Positions 27,206-36,445 of a stretch of DNA of 60,928 nucleotides are shown here, in pieces; within the stretch, counting starts at the first letter, position 1; each line of letters begins with the position of its first letter. Where the stretch lies: IMG/VR virus record IMGVR_UViG_3300025018_000165, positions 1 through 60,928 of that record. The stretch is one strand, 5' to 3'. This stretch comes from a virus. Its lineage: Duplodnaviria > Caudoviricetes. The notes under the pieces were generated by a model. It worked only from the letters and a program-made list of their open reading frames with translations. It made no database searches and was not told the origin of the DNA. The position numbers and the translations under genes are program-made.

Positions 27206-27550
27206 CTAACTTTGGTTTTTTGGTAGTTTATGTTTCCAAGGAAATGCGTCCACAATAGTTTCAATGTTCAATAGCATATCGCCGACTGGTTCAACTTCAT
27301 TTAGTTCTCCATCTTTAATGGCTTGCATAAAGCGTCCACTGTCCGCTACCCAAGAAGCATCTTCCAGTTGGAAGAATTGTCCAAAGCGTTTAACTACTTT
27401 ACCCACACAGTGATAGGTAACAGTGCGGAAAAACCACTTTTGACCAATAAGGTCATCAAGGCAATCAAGCTCTTTCAACTTGTAGTCATCACCTAACTGG
27501 TCTTTGATTTTGTTTAATATTTCCTCTGAGATTTCAATTGTGGGTGACAT
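27206..27550 (-). CDS. Phage hypothetical protein
   Basis: FFRTVTYHCVGKV...LEDASWVADSGRF; globular ORF in early operon. Confidence 0.75.
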   Translation of the reverse strand: MSPTIEISEEILNKIKDQLGDDYKLKELDCLDDLIGQKWFFRTVTYHCVGKVVKRFGQFFQLEDASWVADSGRFMQAIKDGELNEVEPVGDMLLNIETIVDAFPWKHKLPKNQS

Positions 27551-27579
27551 AAGATGTTTGTTAATTAGTTATCTAAGAA

Positions 27580-27708
27580 TTAGGTTTTGTTTTTAATCAG
27601 CTCAATTAGCTTTTGGTATTCAGCTATCTCACTCTCCGCCCATTTGATTACCGCTTCAGGGTCATCCTTTAGAGTTTTATAGAGATTGTCAGCTTCTGAT
27701 TTAGGCAT
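27580..27708 (-). CDS. Hypothetical protein (42 aa)
   Basis: Read manually, in operon orientation. Confidence 0.45.
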   Translation of the reverse strand: MPKSEADNLYKTLKDDPEAVIKWAESEIAEYQKLIELIKNKT

Positions 27709-27736
27709 AGGTATAGATTTAATTGAATGGGCGGAT

Positions 27737-27991
27737 TTATTTATTTTTCCCCTGTTTAACCATACTTGGACTGTCGATAGAAAAAGAACAACTAGAAAAT
27801 ACTTCGTGTTCTCCTTTAATCAATGCTCCACATAGGTTTTGTTCTTCTATATCTCCAGTTGATACTGCATTCGGTTTTTCTATATTTATTTCGGTTCGGA
27901 GTTTTATTCCTGATATTTTTTCTGATGCTTTCAACATTCCATAACTAAGAATTAAAGAACTAATGATTAAAGCTATTGATAATTCCAACAT
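27737..27991 (-). CDS. Membrane-anchored hypothetical protein
   Basis: N-terminal hydrophobic helix. Confidence 0.55.
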   Translation of the reverse strand: MLELSIALIISSLILSYGMLKASEKISGIKLRTEINIEKPNAVSTGDIEEQNLCGALIKGEHEVFSSCSFSIDSPSMVKQGKNK

Positions 27992-28051
27992 ATTATTGGG
28001 GAAATTTAATACTTAATTGAAGAGGCGGATTTGTGGCTCCGCCCAGGCCGG

Positions 28052-28855
28052 TTAGATAGACACCCGTATCTCATGCTGCGAGGCATAGAGCGAGATGACT
28101 GGACTGCCGATACGGGAAGGCAAAAGGTTCTTTTCTTCGGCGTAACTCCCACGATAGCGTAGGAAACTCCCAGTCAAGACCACATGCCGCTCGTAGCTCT
28201 GGGACTTCTTCAAGTGCCGATTGAATACCTCGAACAGCGGGATGTGGTGGTCGAGGCCATGGGTATGGCCGTAAAGTATGACCTCGGCATCGGTGAGTTT
28301 CATCAAGTCCATCGCCGCACGAATTTTCATGTAAGGCAGTCGGCTTCCGCTTGATCCGTGGGTGCTGTGGCAGGTGTAGCTTTGCTTGCCGAGATAAAAG
28401 ATGTGATTCTGGGCATGGCCGAAGTAAGGAACGGATAACTCCTTGCAAATCCACTTCATCACATCTATTCCGACATCCTTCGAGAGCCGCTGGCAGTGAT
28501 TGCCTCGGTGGATTCCCAGAAGCAAACCCGCCTTAACAACAGGACGAAAGAACTCGATAACCCGCTCCATCTGCTCGTCAGGGTTTCCGTACTGCTTATA
28601 GACCCCATCTCCAACAGAATTGCGCGTAGCACACTCGAGGTGGTCGCCCATTCCTATGACATAGATGTGCTTTTTCAAGCAAAGGTCGAGCTGTTTCTTG
28701 ATAGCCTGCTCATCGCAAGTCGAAGCTCCGATGTGCCAATCACCACAAGGGCAGATTTGAGCCCTCGGCCCATAACCATTGACTTTGTTGGGTTCAAGAT
28801 GATGCAGTCTTGTTTTCGCCTGCTTCACTTGCTTCCCGTCCCGCAGATTGTCCAT
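28052..28855 (-). CDS. Calcineurin-like metallophosphoesterase
   Basis: GDWHIG, GDHLE, GNH, THG and GHTH motifs; GGAGGGAG SD. Confidence 0.9.
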   Translation of the reverse strand: MDNLRDGKQVKQAKTRLHHLEPNKVNGYGPRAQICPCGDWHIGASTCDEQAIKKQLDLCLKKHIYVIGMGDHLECATRNSVGDGVYKQYGNPDEQMERVIEFFRPVVKAGLLLGIHRGNHCQRLSKDVGIDVMKWICKELSVPYFGHAQNHIFYLGKQSYTCHSTHGSSGSRLPYMKIRAAMDLMKLTDAEVILYGHTHGLDHHIPLFEVFNRHLKKSQSYERHVVLTGSFLRYRGSYAEEKNLLPSRIGSPVISLYASQHEIRVSI

Positions 28856-28900
28856 AGCTCCCTCCGTTTGTGTTTTGTTATTTGAAACAAGCCCACCGGC

Positions 28901-29638
28901 TTATTTCGCCACTTTCTTCTTGAAAATTCCAACGGTATTTCTTTTCATATTTTTTGCTGAACATTTGTTATTGCAATATTTTCTTTTTGATGATTTTGAA
29001 ACGATAAGTTTTTTTCCACAACACAAGCATTCAATCATTTGGTGACTTTGTTTTGTTTTATTGGCAAATTTACAATGGTTAGAACAAAATTTTGAGTTCT
29101 GTTTATATGCTTTATACCTAATTCCGCATTCTTCACATATACAATCAAATTTTTTAAGAAGTTTTAATCTACATTTTTTACAGATCGGATGCCAGTGAGA
29201 AAGGGAATTTTTTCTAAACTTACACTTATATTTACTTAATCTATGAAAACTATTAGAATTTAATTTTTTTAATTTTCCACATGCCTTACAAATTCTTTCA
29301 TTTATATCTTTTTTTGCATCTTCTACAGAACAGAATCCAATCTTAATTGTTGTATTACACTCATGGCATAGTAATTGAATATTACCAATTGTATATTTTC
29401 CACCCTTACATCCAGGTATTATTCTGTCTATTTCTAAATGTTTTTTCGTACCACAATTTTTGCATTCTTGTTTTTGTCTTACAGCCCAATTAACTATAAT
29501 TTTTTTCTGTTCTTTAGTTAATTCTTTTTTATTCTTTATTTTTTTTCCATAGTATCCACACAACCGACAATTTTTTTTCGATGATTTTGGTTTTGACTCA
29601 TTTAATTTAAGGCAATATAAACACGGTGATCGATTCAT
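28901..29638 (-). CDS. HNH endonuclease with multiple zinc fingers
   Basis: CKNCG...LEIDRIIP...GGKY...NIQLLCHECN and FCS..C repeats; very AT-rich. Confidence 0.8.
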   Translation of the reverse strand: MNRSPCLYCLKLNESKPKSSKKNCRLCGYYGKKIKNKKELTKEQKKIIVNWAVRQKQECKNCGTKKHLEIDRIIPGCKGGKYTIGNIQLLCHECNTTIKIGFCSVEDAKKDINERICKACGKLKKLNSNSFHRLSKYKCKFRKNSLSHWHPICKKCRLKLLKKFDCICEECGIRYKAYKQNSKFCSNHCKFANKTKQSHQMIECLCCGKKLIVSKSSKRKYCNNKCSAKNMKRNTVGIFKKKVAK

Positions 29639-29665
29639 ATGGTCATATGATACCGTGTTAGCAAT

Positions 29666-30220
29666 TTATTCGCAATACCTGGAGTCATCTTTAATAATAG
29701 CACAATAAATTTCATTATTTGTAATTGGGTCACATTCCCAACGAGACCATTGATTTTTTGCCATATACCACATTGCCATATCAGTTGCCTTCCACGGATC
29801 AAATTTATCTTCAAGACTCCAATCAAGTCCTCGATTCTTTATACCTTCCAACATCGTTGAGTCAATTATCATCCACAATCCGGCCGCAGAACTTCCTTGC
29901 AAATTAACAGCATTAGGATTTAAGCGACTTTCACAATTAGCAATTGCTAACGCACGATTAGCATCCACTCTAAATTCCAGGGCTTTGATGCCGATAATTG
30001 CTTCAATCTCGGACTGAAGGGGGACTTGAATGTCCCCCTTTTCGTCTTTTGCCATTTCTCCGTATTTTACCAATCCGTCTCCCAAATCTTGTTCAACCAA
30101 GTCTGGGGTGTTAAAGGGTTCAACGAAAGAAACAGCTAAAGCATTTGTTCCGGCATTCAATAGCATTATGCAAATCACGAATATTGCCAGGTAAATTTTG
30201 TCTTTTTGTTTTTGCGACAT
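29666..30220 (-). CDS. Membrane-anchored or secreted lytic transglycosylase-like protein
   Basis: N-terminal hydrophobic segment; IANCESRLNPNAVN and SAAGLWMI motifs. Confidence 0.8.
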   Translation of the reverse strand: MSQKQKDKIYLAIFVICIMLLNAGTNALAVSFVEPFNTPDLVEQDLGDGLVKYGEMAKDEKGDIQVPLQSEIEAIIGIKALEFRVDANRALAIANCESRLNPNAVNLQGSSAAGLWMIIDSTMLEGIKNRGLDWSLEDKFDPWKATDMAMWYMAKNQWSRWECDPITNNEIYCAIIKDDSRYCE

Positions 30221-30224
30221 ACGG

Positions 30225-30929
30225 TTAATTTTTTGTTATTTGATTTTCCGGTTGTTCAGATTGAGAGGGTTTCCCAATTTCTAACCACTGTTTAATCTCA
30301 ACACCAACATTTTCTGTCATTGGAGTGACTTTTTTATCAAATAATCCGGTTCGATCTTTCGAGCAGTGAGCATTATGGTCTTTGTCTAATTCCAGTAAAG
30401 CGGTAAATTCAAAGTCAATTCCAGGTCTCTGTTCTGGAGCTAAGCCAATCTTTACTGGTCTTCCATTATCCACTACCCAAACAGTTTTACTCCTCATTGT
30501 TGTAATAATGTGAATTTTACTATGAATAATCTTTTGCAATAATTTTTTATGAACCGGAGTGATGTCTCGCCATGAAGCGAAATTATTGCCAGTTTTACCG
30601 GCAATAGCACTTTGCCGTTCCAATAATACTCCCCACGCTGGGCTTAAACTGTCTATAATTAAGATTTCGTATCCTGCATCCTCAGCCGCTTCAATCGCCA
30701 TCATGTATTTTTCCGGATCGTAAGGTGGGTTCATTGTTAAGACATCAAATTCAAATTTGTCAGCGTACAAATCAGCAGACCCATTTTCCGTATCTACGAC
30801 TGCAACTTTACCTCCCAAACCTTTAGCAATGAGCAATGCCGAAAAAGTTTTCCCGTAACCTGATGGAGCTACTAAAGCCAATCGAATCTTCGCTTGTTTG
30901 CGTTCTGCTTTACGAAAAGTTATAGGCAT
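30225..30929 (-). CDS. AAA ATPase, Sak4-like recombinase
   Basis: APSGYGKT, VVDTENGS, IIDSLS, TMRSK and KDRT motifs. Confidence 0.8.
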   Translation of the reverse strand: MPITFRKAERKQAKIRLALVAPSGYGKTFSALLIAKGLGGKVAVVDTENGSADLYADKFEFDVLTMNPPYDPEKYMMAIEAAEDAGYEILIIDSLSPAWGVLLERQSAIAGKTGNNFASWRDITPVHKKLLQKIIHSKIHIITTMRSKTVWVVDNGRPVKIGLAPEQRPGIDFEFTALLELDKDHNAHCSKDRTGLFDKKVTPMTENVGVEIKQWLEIGKPSQSEQPENQITKN

Positions 30930-31022
30930 AGAAATCCGTAAACATTATTTAATCTTTCCAAAAAAGTTAGCGCACTATTCTTTCGATACCAGTCGGAACG
31001 ATACGCAAAGCGAGCGATGTGC

Positions 31023-31244
31023 TTATTCATATTGGCTTGTTTTAATATTGTTCTGTAAGAGTTTTAGAACTTCCGGCTTCTCTCCGTGATTGAAGGCGTT
31101 GATAATAGCCGAGGCGGTGAGCTGGTTCATTTTCTCATTCAACCAATTTGCCAAATCATCGGAGTATTCGACACCAAGTTTCCAAAGGGCATAGTTGACG
31201 GCTTTCTTCTGATTCTCGGTCGCCTTAGAAAAAGTGAATCCCAT
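31023..31244 (-). CDS. Hypothetical protein
   Basis: ATENQK...ASAIIN helical motif, in early operon. Confidence 0.6.
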   Translation of the reverse strand: MGFTFSKATENQKKAVNYALWKLGVEYSDDLANWLNEKMNQLTASAIINAFNHGEKPEVLKLLQNNIKTSQYE

Positions 31245-31245
31245 A

Positions 31246-31407
31246 TTAGCTTTCCTTATTTATCAAGTCGCAGAGTTCGCAACTGTCGTCGGGATCGCTG
31301 TGGCAATCATGGTCGTCGCGCATATCTTCAATCATTTCTTTGAGTGAGTTATAGCGCGGCAAACCTTGTTTCTCGCGCCACTCTTGAATTTGTTTGATTA
31401 AATACAT
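31246..31407 (-). CDS. Hypothetical protein (53 aa), first gene of leftward operon
   Basis: Read manually; HDCH..PDDSCELC; directly downstream of promoter. Confidence 0.55.
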   Translation of the reverse strand: MYLIKQIQEWREKQGLPRYNSLKEMIEDMRDDHDCHSDPDDSCELCDLINKES

Positions 31408-31438
31408 ACGGCTTATTGGCTTATTTGATTATGCTCAT

Positions 31439-31467
31439 ATTATAGCTAGGAGTAGCACCTTAGTCAA
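31439..31467 (-). promoter_or_regulatory. Strong sigma70 early promoter
   Basis: TTGACT-N17-TATAAT on minus strand. Confidence 0.85.
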
Positions 31468-31474
31468 GTCTGGG

Positions 31475-31483
31475 TGTGGATAA
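31475..31483 (-). promoter_or_regulatory. DnaA box
   Basis: Perfect TTATCCACA just upstream of the -35 element. Confidence 0.55.
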
Positions 31484-31694
31484 CTATTTTATATACTTCT
31501 TAATACATTCATTTATGGCCAACTCTAGGCATTTTCTCCTTGTAAAACCAAGAGAATCGGCCAAGATTTTAATGGGCTTCTCGAAGTCCCTATGGATACG
31601 AATCATGAAGAATTTACTCGGGTCTTTATATGGCATAACAGGTGTGTATAATTTATTTGCTTATAATGTAGCACCCTGATATACTAGCGTCAAT

Positions 31695-32108
31695 ATGCAG
31701 ATTTTTCTTACCGCCCGTTCAACCAAAACCGCATCAATCTTTTTAGACGATGAAACTCTAAATTCCCAGATAGAGGATGTGGCCTTTATTCTATCGACTG
31801 TCAAGAATTTAGAGGAGGTCGATGACCAAATAATCCGTTGGGCGAATACCCCCAAAAACTCCCAATTCCTGACTTTTTATCTCAAGTCATTATTGATCGA
31901 ATGGTTTTATCGTTTCAGGCAATCGCATAAGTTGGTGGATGTTTATCTGGGCTTCAAAAATTTCTTCGGTGAACGCGAATACCCGTCTGCCAATTATCGG
32001 AAAATCATTGACGCGCGAAAACTTTTAGCCGAGAAATGGAAGAACCGGATAAGCGAACCTGTCTGGACGAAGCGGACAAGAGCTTACTTTTATAATAAAT
32101 CTTATTAA
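31695..32108 (+). CDS. Possible divergent pyrimidine-dimer glycosylase (DenV-like)
   Basis: MQIFL...LDD..L..Q.E....IL...W...EW..RF...H pattern. Confidence 0.45.
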   Translation: MQIFLTARSTKTASIFLDDETLNSQIEDVAFILSTVKNLEEVDDQIIRWANTPKNSQFLTFYLKSLLIEWFYRFRQSHKLVDVYLGFKNFFGEREYPSANYRKIIDARKLLAEKWKNRISEPVWTKRTRAYFYNKSY

Positions 32109-32194
32109 GCCAATATGCACCCAAAATGACAAAACGCAAACGAGCCTACTTTTCTAAATTACACTCCGAATTTTATAAGGAGTTAAATAAGCCT

Positions 32195-32593
32195 ATGTCT
32201 ATCTACGACCAAATTCCCGAACAAGACAGTTCCAACAGCCGATTCTTGAATAAAATGGCAGACGGAGAAAATCAAGTGCTGAAATTCAAGGATATGTTGG
32301 TCAAAGACCAACCGGAAAATACACCGGATGAATTCAAGACACCGGACGGTAAAGTGCTGGTTTTCTACTTTGAGGACAGTGCAGGACAGGAGAAGGAAAT
32401 CAAACAAAACGGTTCAAAGGGCAAATTTTACAAAGCGATGCGCACCGGTGATTTTCAACCTGGGGCGACGCTTTCGATCACTCGCCACGGTTTAGGAACA
32501 GAAACGGAATGGGAAATTGCCAAAGTGTCTGACGACGGCACGGTTGAAGTACCACCGAAGGAAGAAGAAAAAACCGATTCAATACCATTTTAG
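32195..32593 (+). CDS. Single-stranded DNA-binding protein (putative)
   Basis: Acidic tail ending DSIPF; near Sak4 and primase; alternative start at 32126. Confidence 0.65.
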   Translation: MSIYDQIPEQDSSNSRFLNKMADGENQVLKFKDMLVKDQPENTPDEFKTPDGKVLVFYFEDSAGQEKEIKQNGSKGKFYKAMRTGDFQPGATLSITRHGLGTETEWEIAKVSDDGTVEVPPKEEEKTDSIPF

Positions 32594-32655
32594 AATGGTA
32601 TTTATTTAAAAAGGGTTTTGGTGTAAGCTGGGCATATAAAACATAATATTTTTAT

Positions 32656-33141
32656 ATGCCCAGAACCAAAAAATGTTTTAAATGTAATAAAGAAAAAAGT
32701 ATTTCTTCTTTTTATAAGCATCCTGACATGTCCGATGGAACAGTTAATAAATGTAAGGAATGTAATAAAAAAGATGTCCGTTTAAATTTCAAAAAAAATA
32801 GGGAGTATTATAAAAAATACGACAAAAATCGAATAAGAGAAAACTTTAATTATATTTTTTCTCATAGATATTCTTCCATGAAATCTAGGGTAGATGGGCG
32901 CGGAAGCAGAAAATATAATGTGAGAGGAAGAGATATGTGCACAAAAGAAGACTTTTTCTCTTGGTGCAAAAAAATAGAAAACTTAAATAATTTTAGGAAA
33001 CTACATAAAAAATGGAAACAAAAAGATTTTGACAATATTTTTGCTCCATCTATAGACAGAATCAATAACAATCTGGGATATACAATAGACAATATTAGGT
33101 GGATAACAAAAGGAGAAAATTCTAAAAAGTATGTGTTCTAG
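32656..33141 (+). CDS. HNH-type endonuclease-like protein
   Basis: CFKC...CKEC and SIDRINNNLGYTIDNIRW motifs; AT-rich. Confidence 0.75.
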   Translation: MPRTKKCFKCNKEKSISSFYKHPDMSDGTVNKCKECNKKDVRLNFKKNREYYKKYDKNRIRENFNYIFSHRYSSMKSRVDGRGSRKYNVRGRDMCTKEDFFSWCKKIENLNNFRKLHKKWKQKDFDNIFAPSIDRINNNLGYTIDNIRWITKGENSKKYVF

Positions 33142-33248
33142 GCTCTCCCCTACTCTACCTTTAGGATAGCAAAAATCCCCGATTTTAGGGGATTTTTTGC
33201 GTATTGGAGCGGCAGGTGAGTGGTTATTGAACTAAAAGAGGGGAGAGC

Positions 33249-33277
33249 AAAAAACCGGCCTTTCGGCCGGTTTTTTT
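33249..33277. terminator. Bidirectional terminator
   Basis: A6-CCGGCC-TTTC-GGCCGG-T7 between convergent genes; second hairpin at ~33169-33200. Confidence 0.85.
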
Positions 33278-34325
33278 AGTCCTTGAGAGTGAAGCCGCTA
33301 TTTTTATCTTTTCTTGAAACTATCTTTTTCTGCAACATTTTATCCCAAGCAAGTTTATAGAACTTGGCGTTTTTGGTCATTCCGAGCAAATCATCAATCT
33401 CGCTTTTTAGCATTGGTCTGTTTTCATTTTCAGCAAATAAATTCATTATTTTCATTTGCATTTCTTCAATTTGGCGATTGAAAGTGTCTCGGGAAGAACC
33501 GTTATATTTCCAAATTTGCTTATAAATATCAGTTGGTGAAATTACCAGTTCAGCTTCAAAGCCAATTATTTCCTTATAACGAGTTTTTTCGCAATTAACC
33601 ATTATTACATTTTCCAAGTAGTTACCATCGGCATCGCGTTTTTTTTGAATGACAAAGTGCAAGTCAACTTTGCCCTTGATATCACCGGCTCCGCGAATGA
33701 CTCCAGGTGAGTTTTTAGGCGGGTGGTGGATGAAGATAACCGAACAGCGCACTTCCGGATCGTCCACAAAATTATGGCGCATTGTGTCCATAACCTTGCG
33801 CGCCTCGGCGTTGCTATTCTCATCGTCCATGCCGGAAATCGAGGTGAAGGGATCGAATATCAATAAATCAATTTTGTTGTCAATCAAGTATTGGCGCAAA
33901 TCCGTGACCATTTGCGGGTCTTTCAAGTTGAAACCCTTAGAAAAGAACCAGATAAAATGCTCCTGTTCTGCAGTATCAATCGAGGCCGAGCGGTCTTTCA
34001 TTTGCACATCGCTCATTTCTTCCTCAATAAAGACAATTCTGACCGGCTCTTTCAAAGCTCCTGGATAATCCCAATCGTCAAATAAAGCCTTAGGTTGTTT
34101 CGCCCCTATCCTGGTCGCCAACCATTGCACAAAGAAGGTCTTAAAGTGGCCAGATTCGCCCGTAACGGCGATTAAACCGGGTTTTGGTATCATATGGGGT
34201 ACAAGCCACTTTGGCTCCGGCAAATCGGCGTTTAATAGCTCAGGATAGGTATATCCACCGGCTAACCAGTCTTCTTTCTCCGGTAATGCGAAATCTGGCA
34301 TTGGCGGCGGCAGATTATTTGGCAT
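33276..34325 (-). CDS. RepA-like (AAA_25) replicative helicase
   Basis: WLVPHMIP, GESGHFKT, FIEEEM, LLIFDP, FIHHP and IRGAG motifs. Confidence 0.85.
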   Translation of the reverse strand: MPNNLPPPMPDFALPEKEDWLAGGYTYPELLNADLPEPKWLVPHMIPKPGLIAVTGESGHFKTFFVQWLATRIGAKQPKALFDDWDYPGALKEPVRIVFIEEEMSDVQMKDRSASIDTAEQEHFIWFFSKGFNLKDPQMVTDLRQYLIDNKIDLLIFDPFTSISGMDDENSNAEARKVMDTMRHNFVDDPEVRCSVIFIHHPPKNSPGVIRGAGDIKGKVDLHFVIQKKRDADGNYLENVIMVNCEKTRYKEIIGFEAELVISPTDIYKQIWKYNGSSRDTFNRQIEEMQMKIMNLFAENENRPMLKSEIDDLLGMTKNAKFYKLAWDKMLQKKIVSRKDKNSGFTLKD

Positions 34326-35136
34326 AAATCCCCCTTCCCATTTCCGCTTCGACTATGGATTGAAATGTCCTGGCCAACTCTTTTTCCTCAAGCGGCGGCT
34401 TGATTAGGTGCTGGTTATAAACCCAAATAAGCTCCCACAAAGCCGGCAGGTCCTCCTCCTTGAACTTCCAGACCAGTTTGCCGATTAACGAGGCCACAGT
34501 TGAATTGCGCGATCCTTCTCTAACACCCTGTTTGGTTATGGACAGCCAGTCGAGTTTTTTGTCCTTGGGCTTACTAACCAGTTTCGCCTCAATTTCTTTT
34601 GGAAAGTCGGCCAAGTTCTTCAAGTTTTGCGAGTTCCAAGGCACCAAATCTCCCCATTCATAGTCTTTTCCGGTTGTCGAGTGCCTAGATGGCGGTAAGA
34701 TAATAATTCCACCATCGCCCCTAATATCCATTTGCGGATGAACCAGTTTTACTGAATTGTTGACTTTGGCACTGGATTGAAAGAATAGGTGGAAACCGCC
34801 ATTACCGGTTTTTGAAGTTAGGGTTAGGGGCAGGGAAGCGAGCAACTTGGCCGGTGAATCAGGGTTACAGTCGCACTGGCCTTTGTTTTTCGAGGCACAG
34901 CCCTCTTTATGGGAATCAATGTCAATGACTGAAACTCCGCTCAATTTACCGCAAACCAAGGCAATTTGCGTTTTATCCGTAGCAGTGGAAAACCAATTTT
35001 CTATTTGTTCGATAGTAGGCCTGACGCTTTGAAATTGCCGCCAGGCGACTACCGGTCGTTTATTGAAGGCAGGGACTATTGACCAACCGGCTTTTGCATA
35101 TGCGATAGCCCAAGCACTGACTAAATCGCCTTGCAT
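34315..35136 (-). CDS. Bifunctional primase-polymerase (Prim-Pol with PriCT)
   Basis: GWSIVP, VIDID, TGNGGFHLFF, DIRGDGG...PPS, GSRN and PPL motifs. Confidence 0.9.
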   Translation of the reverse strand: MQGDLVSAWAIAYAKAGWSIVPAFNKRPVVAWRQFQSVRPTIEQIENWFSTATDKTQIALVCGKLSGVSVIDIDSHKEGCASKNKGQCDCNPDSPAKLLASLPLTLTSKTGNGGFHLFFQSSAKVNNSVKLVHPQMDIRGDGGIIILPPSRHSTTGKDYEWGDLVPWNSQNLKNLADFPKEIEAKLVSKPKDKKLDWLSITKQGVREGSRNSTVASLIGKLVWKFKEEDLPALWELIWVYNQHLIKPPLEEKELARTFQSIVEAEMGRGIYAK

Positions 35137-35138
35137 AT

Positions 35139-35573
35139 TTACCAGTCCTTCCGGTCAACCAGCAGTTTGCCATTTTCGATGCGGCCGTTCCGGCCAGGGA
35201 GCAGGACATCGACTGAGACATTTGGCGATTCGGAAAGTTTTATTTGTTGATTCAGATAGTCGCAGATGACAAGGGCTGGTAATTCGCGCCAAAGGTTCTT
35301 GAGCTTCGGCTCTCGATAATCATAACGGGCTTTGAGGAAGGCATAATCCATTGATTTGTTCTCATCGGGGATAACTCCGCCGTTGTCGTTTATTTCCAGC
35401 AGTGGACCAAGGGCTTGAACAAAAAAACTGCCTTTGTGAAAAGCCAACAAAGCAGTTCCGGTATCAGTTTCGACTTGAAGCTGATACTCGTGCATCAGCA
35501 TATCGGCAATCGCCTGGTAGGCGATATTGCGATCCTCGCACTCATTTGAATTAACAAAAACTACTCTAGCCAT
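35139..35573 (-). CDS. Hypothetical protein
   Basis: First gene of replication operon. Confidence 0.65.
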   Translation of the reverse strand: MARVVFVNSNECEDRNIAYQAIADMLMHEYQLQVETDTGTALLAFHKGSFFVQALGPLLEINDNGGVIPDENKSMDYAFLKARYDYREPKLKNLWRELPALVICDYLNQQIKLSESPNVSVDVLLPGRNGRIENGKLLVDRKDW

Positions 35574-35661
35574 AAATTATTTCCTAATTACTGCCAATCA
35601 GGCAGGTTTGTTATTTAAGTTTTTTCATCATACACGATTTGAGAAATGAAGTCATATCAAG

Positions 35662-36070
35662 TTATCCACACAATGTGTCGTAAAATACTACTTAGGAAGA
35701 AAAAAAGCCCATTTTATGGCTAAAGTTAGCAACGAAATGAGATGAGGTCAGGCAGTGCCTGACCCTATCTTTTGGGAAAATGACTGTTTCTAAGCTAAAA
35801 TTAGCGGAGAAATGAGCTTTTTTTAGTGAATTTAGTTGCCTGACCCTATCTTTTTGTTTTTGATCGTTTTATGGCTAAGATTAGCGGAGAAATGAGCTTT
35901 TTTAGTTGCCTGACCCTATCTTTTTTCTGAAATTTTTTTTTGGCTAAGGTTAGCAAAAAAATGGAGAAAAGATAAGGTCATCCCCTTAGTAAATTCAGAA
36001 ATGAAGTCCGGTCAGGTCAAATTCAACCTAAAAACCTCCCCTAAAATTAAAAATTTTAGGGGAGGGTTTT
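35662..36070. repeat. Putative replication origin
   Basis: DnaA box at 35662-35670; TGCCTGACCCTATCTTTT x3; GCTAA-NN-TTAGC x4; 14-bp hairpin at 36035-36065; next to primase operon. Confidence 0.65.
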
Positions 36071-36099
36071 ATTAGGTTTGGATTTGAGGAACTGACTTT

Positions 36100-36445
36100 T
36101 TGAATTTGGATTTTTATGGTATGATAAAATCAATATGGTGAACACGAGGAGGAAGGGTAGGAAGAATGAATTGAAGGCACGGGATTATTTACTGGGTCTT
36201 GGTTATCTGGTCGAATTAACTAAGAACCCAAGTCGATTCCAGAAACAGCAGGATTTATTTGGTCTATGGGATTTGATGGCGATACGGGATGATGGGATTT
36301 TGTTTATTCAAGTCAAATCTAACCGGAAGGTTTACGGGAAGGAATTGGCTCGCTACCTGGATTTTCCCAAACCACCTGGGTGTTCTTTGCAGATTTGGAC
36401 TTACTGGGATCGTAAAAATGAACCTGAGATATGCAAATATTGAAT
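36100..36445 (+). repeat. Left junction repeat, copy of 1-346
   Basis: See 1-346. Confidence 0.97.
36135..36443 (+). CDS. PD-(D/E)XK nuclease, Hjc-like (allele B)
   Basis: 5 aa differences from allele A. Confidence 0.7.
   Translation: MVNTRRKGRKNELKARDYLLGLGYLVELTKNPSRFQKQQDLFGLWDLMAIRDDGILFIQVKSNRKVYGKELARYLDFPKPPGCSLQIWTYWDRKNEPEICKY

Noticed and set aside
35719-35954. CRISPR array
   Set aside because: Intervening sequences are themselves repetitive, repeats are short and no cas genes are present
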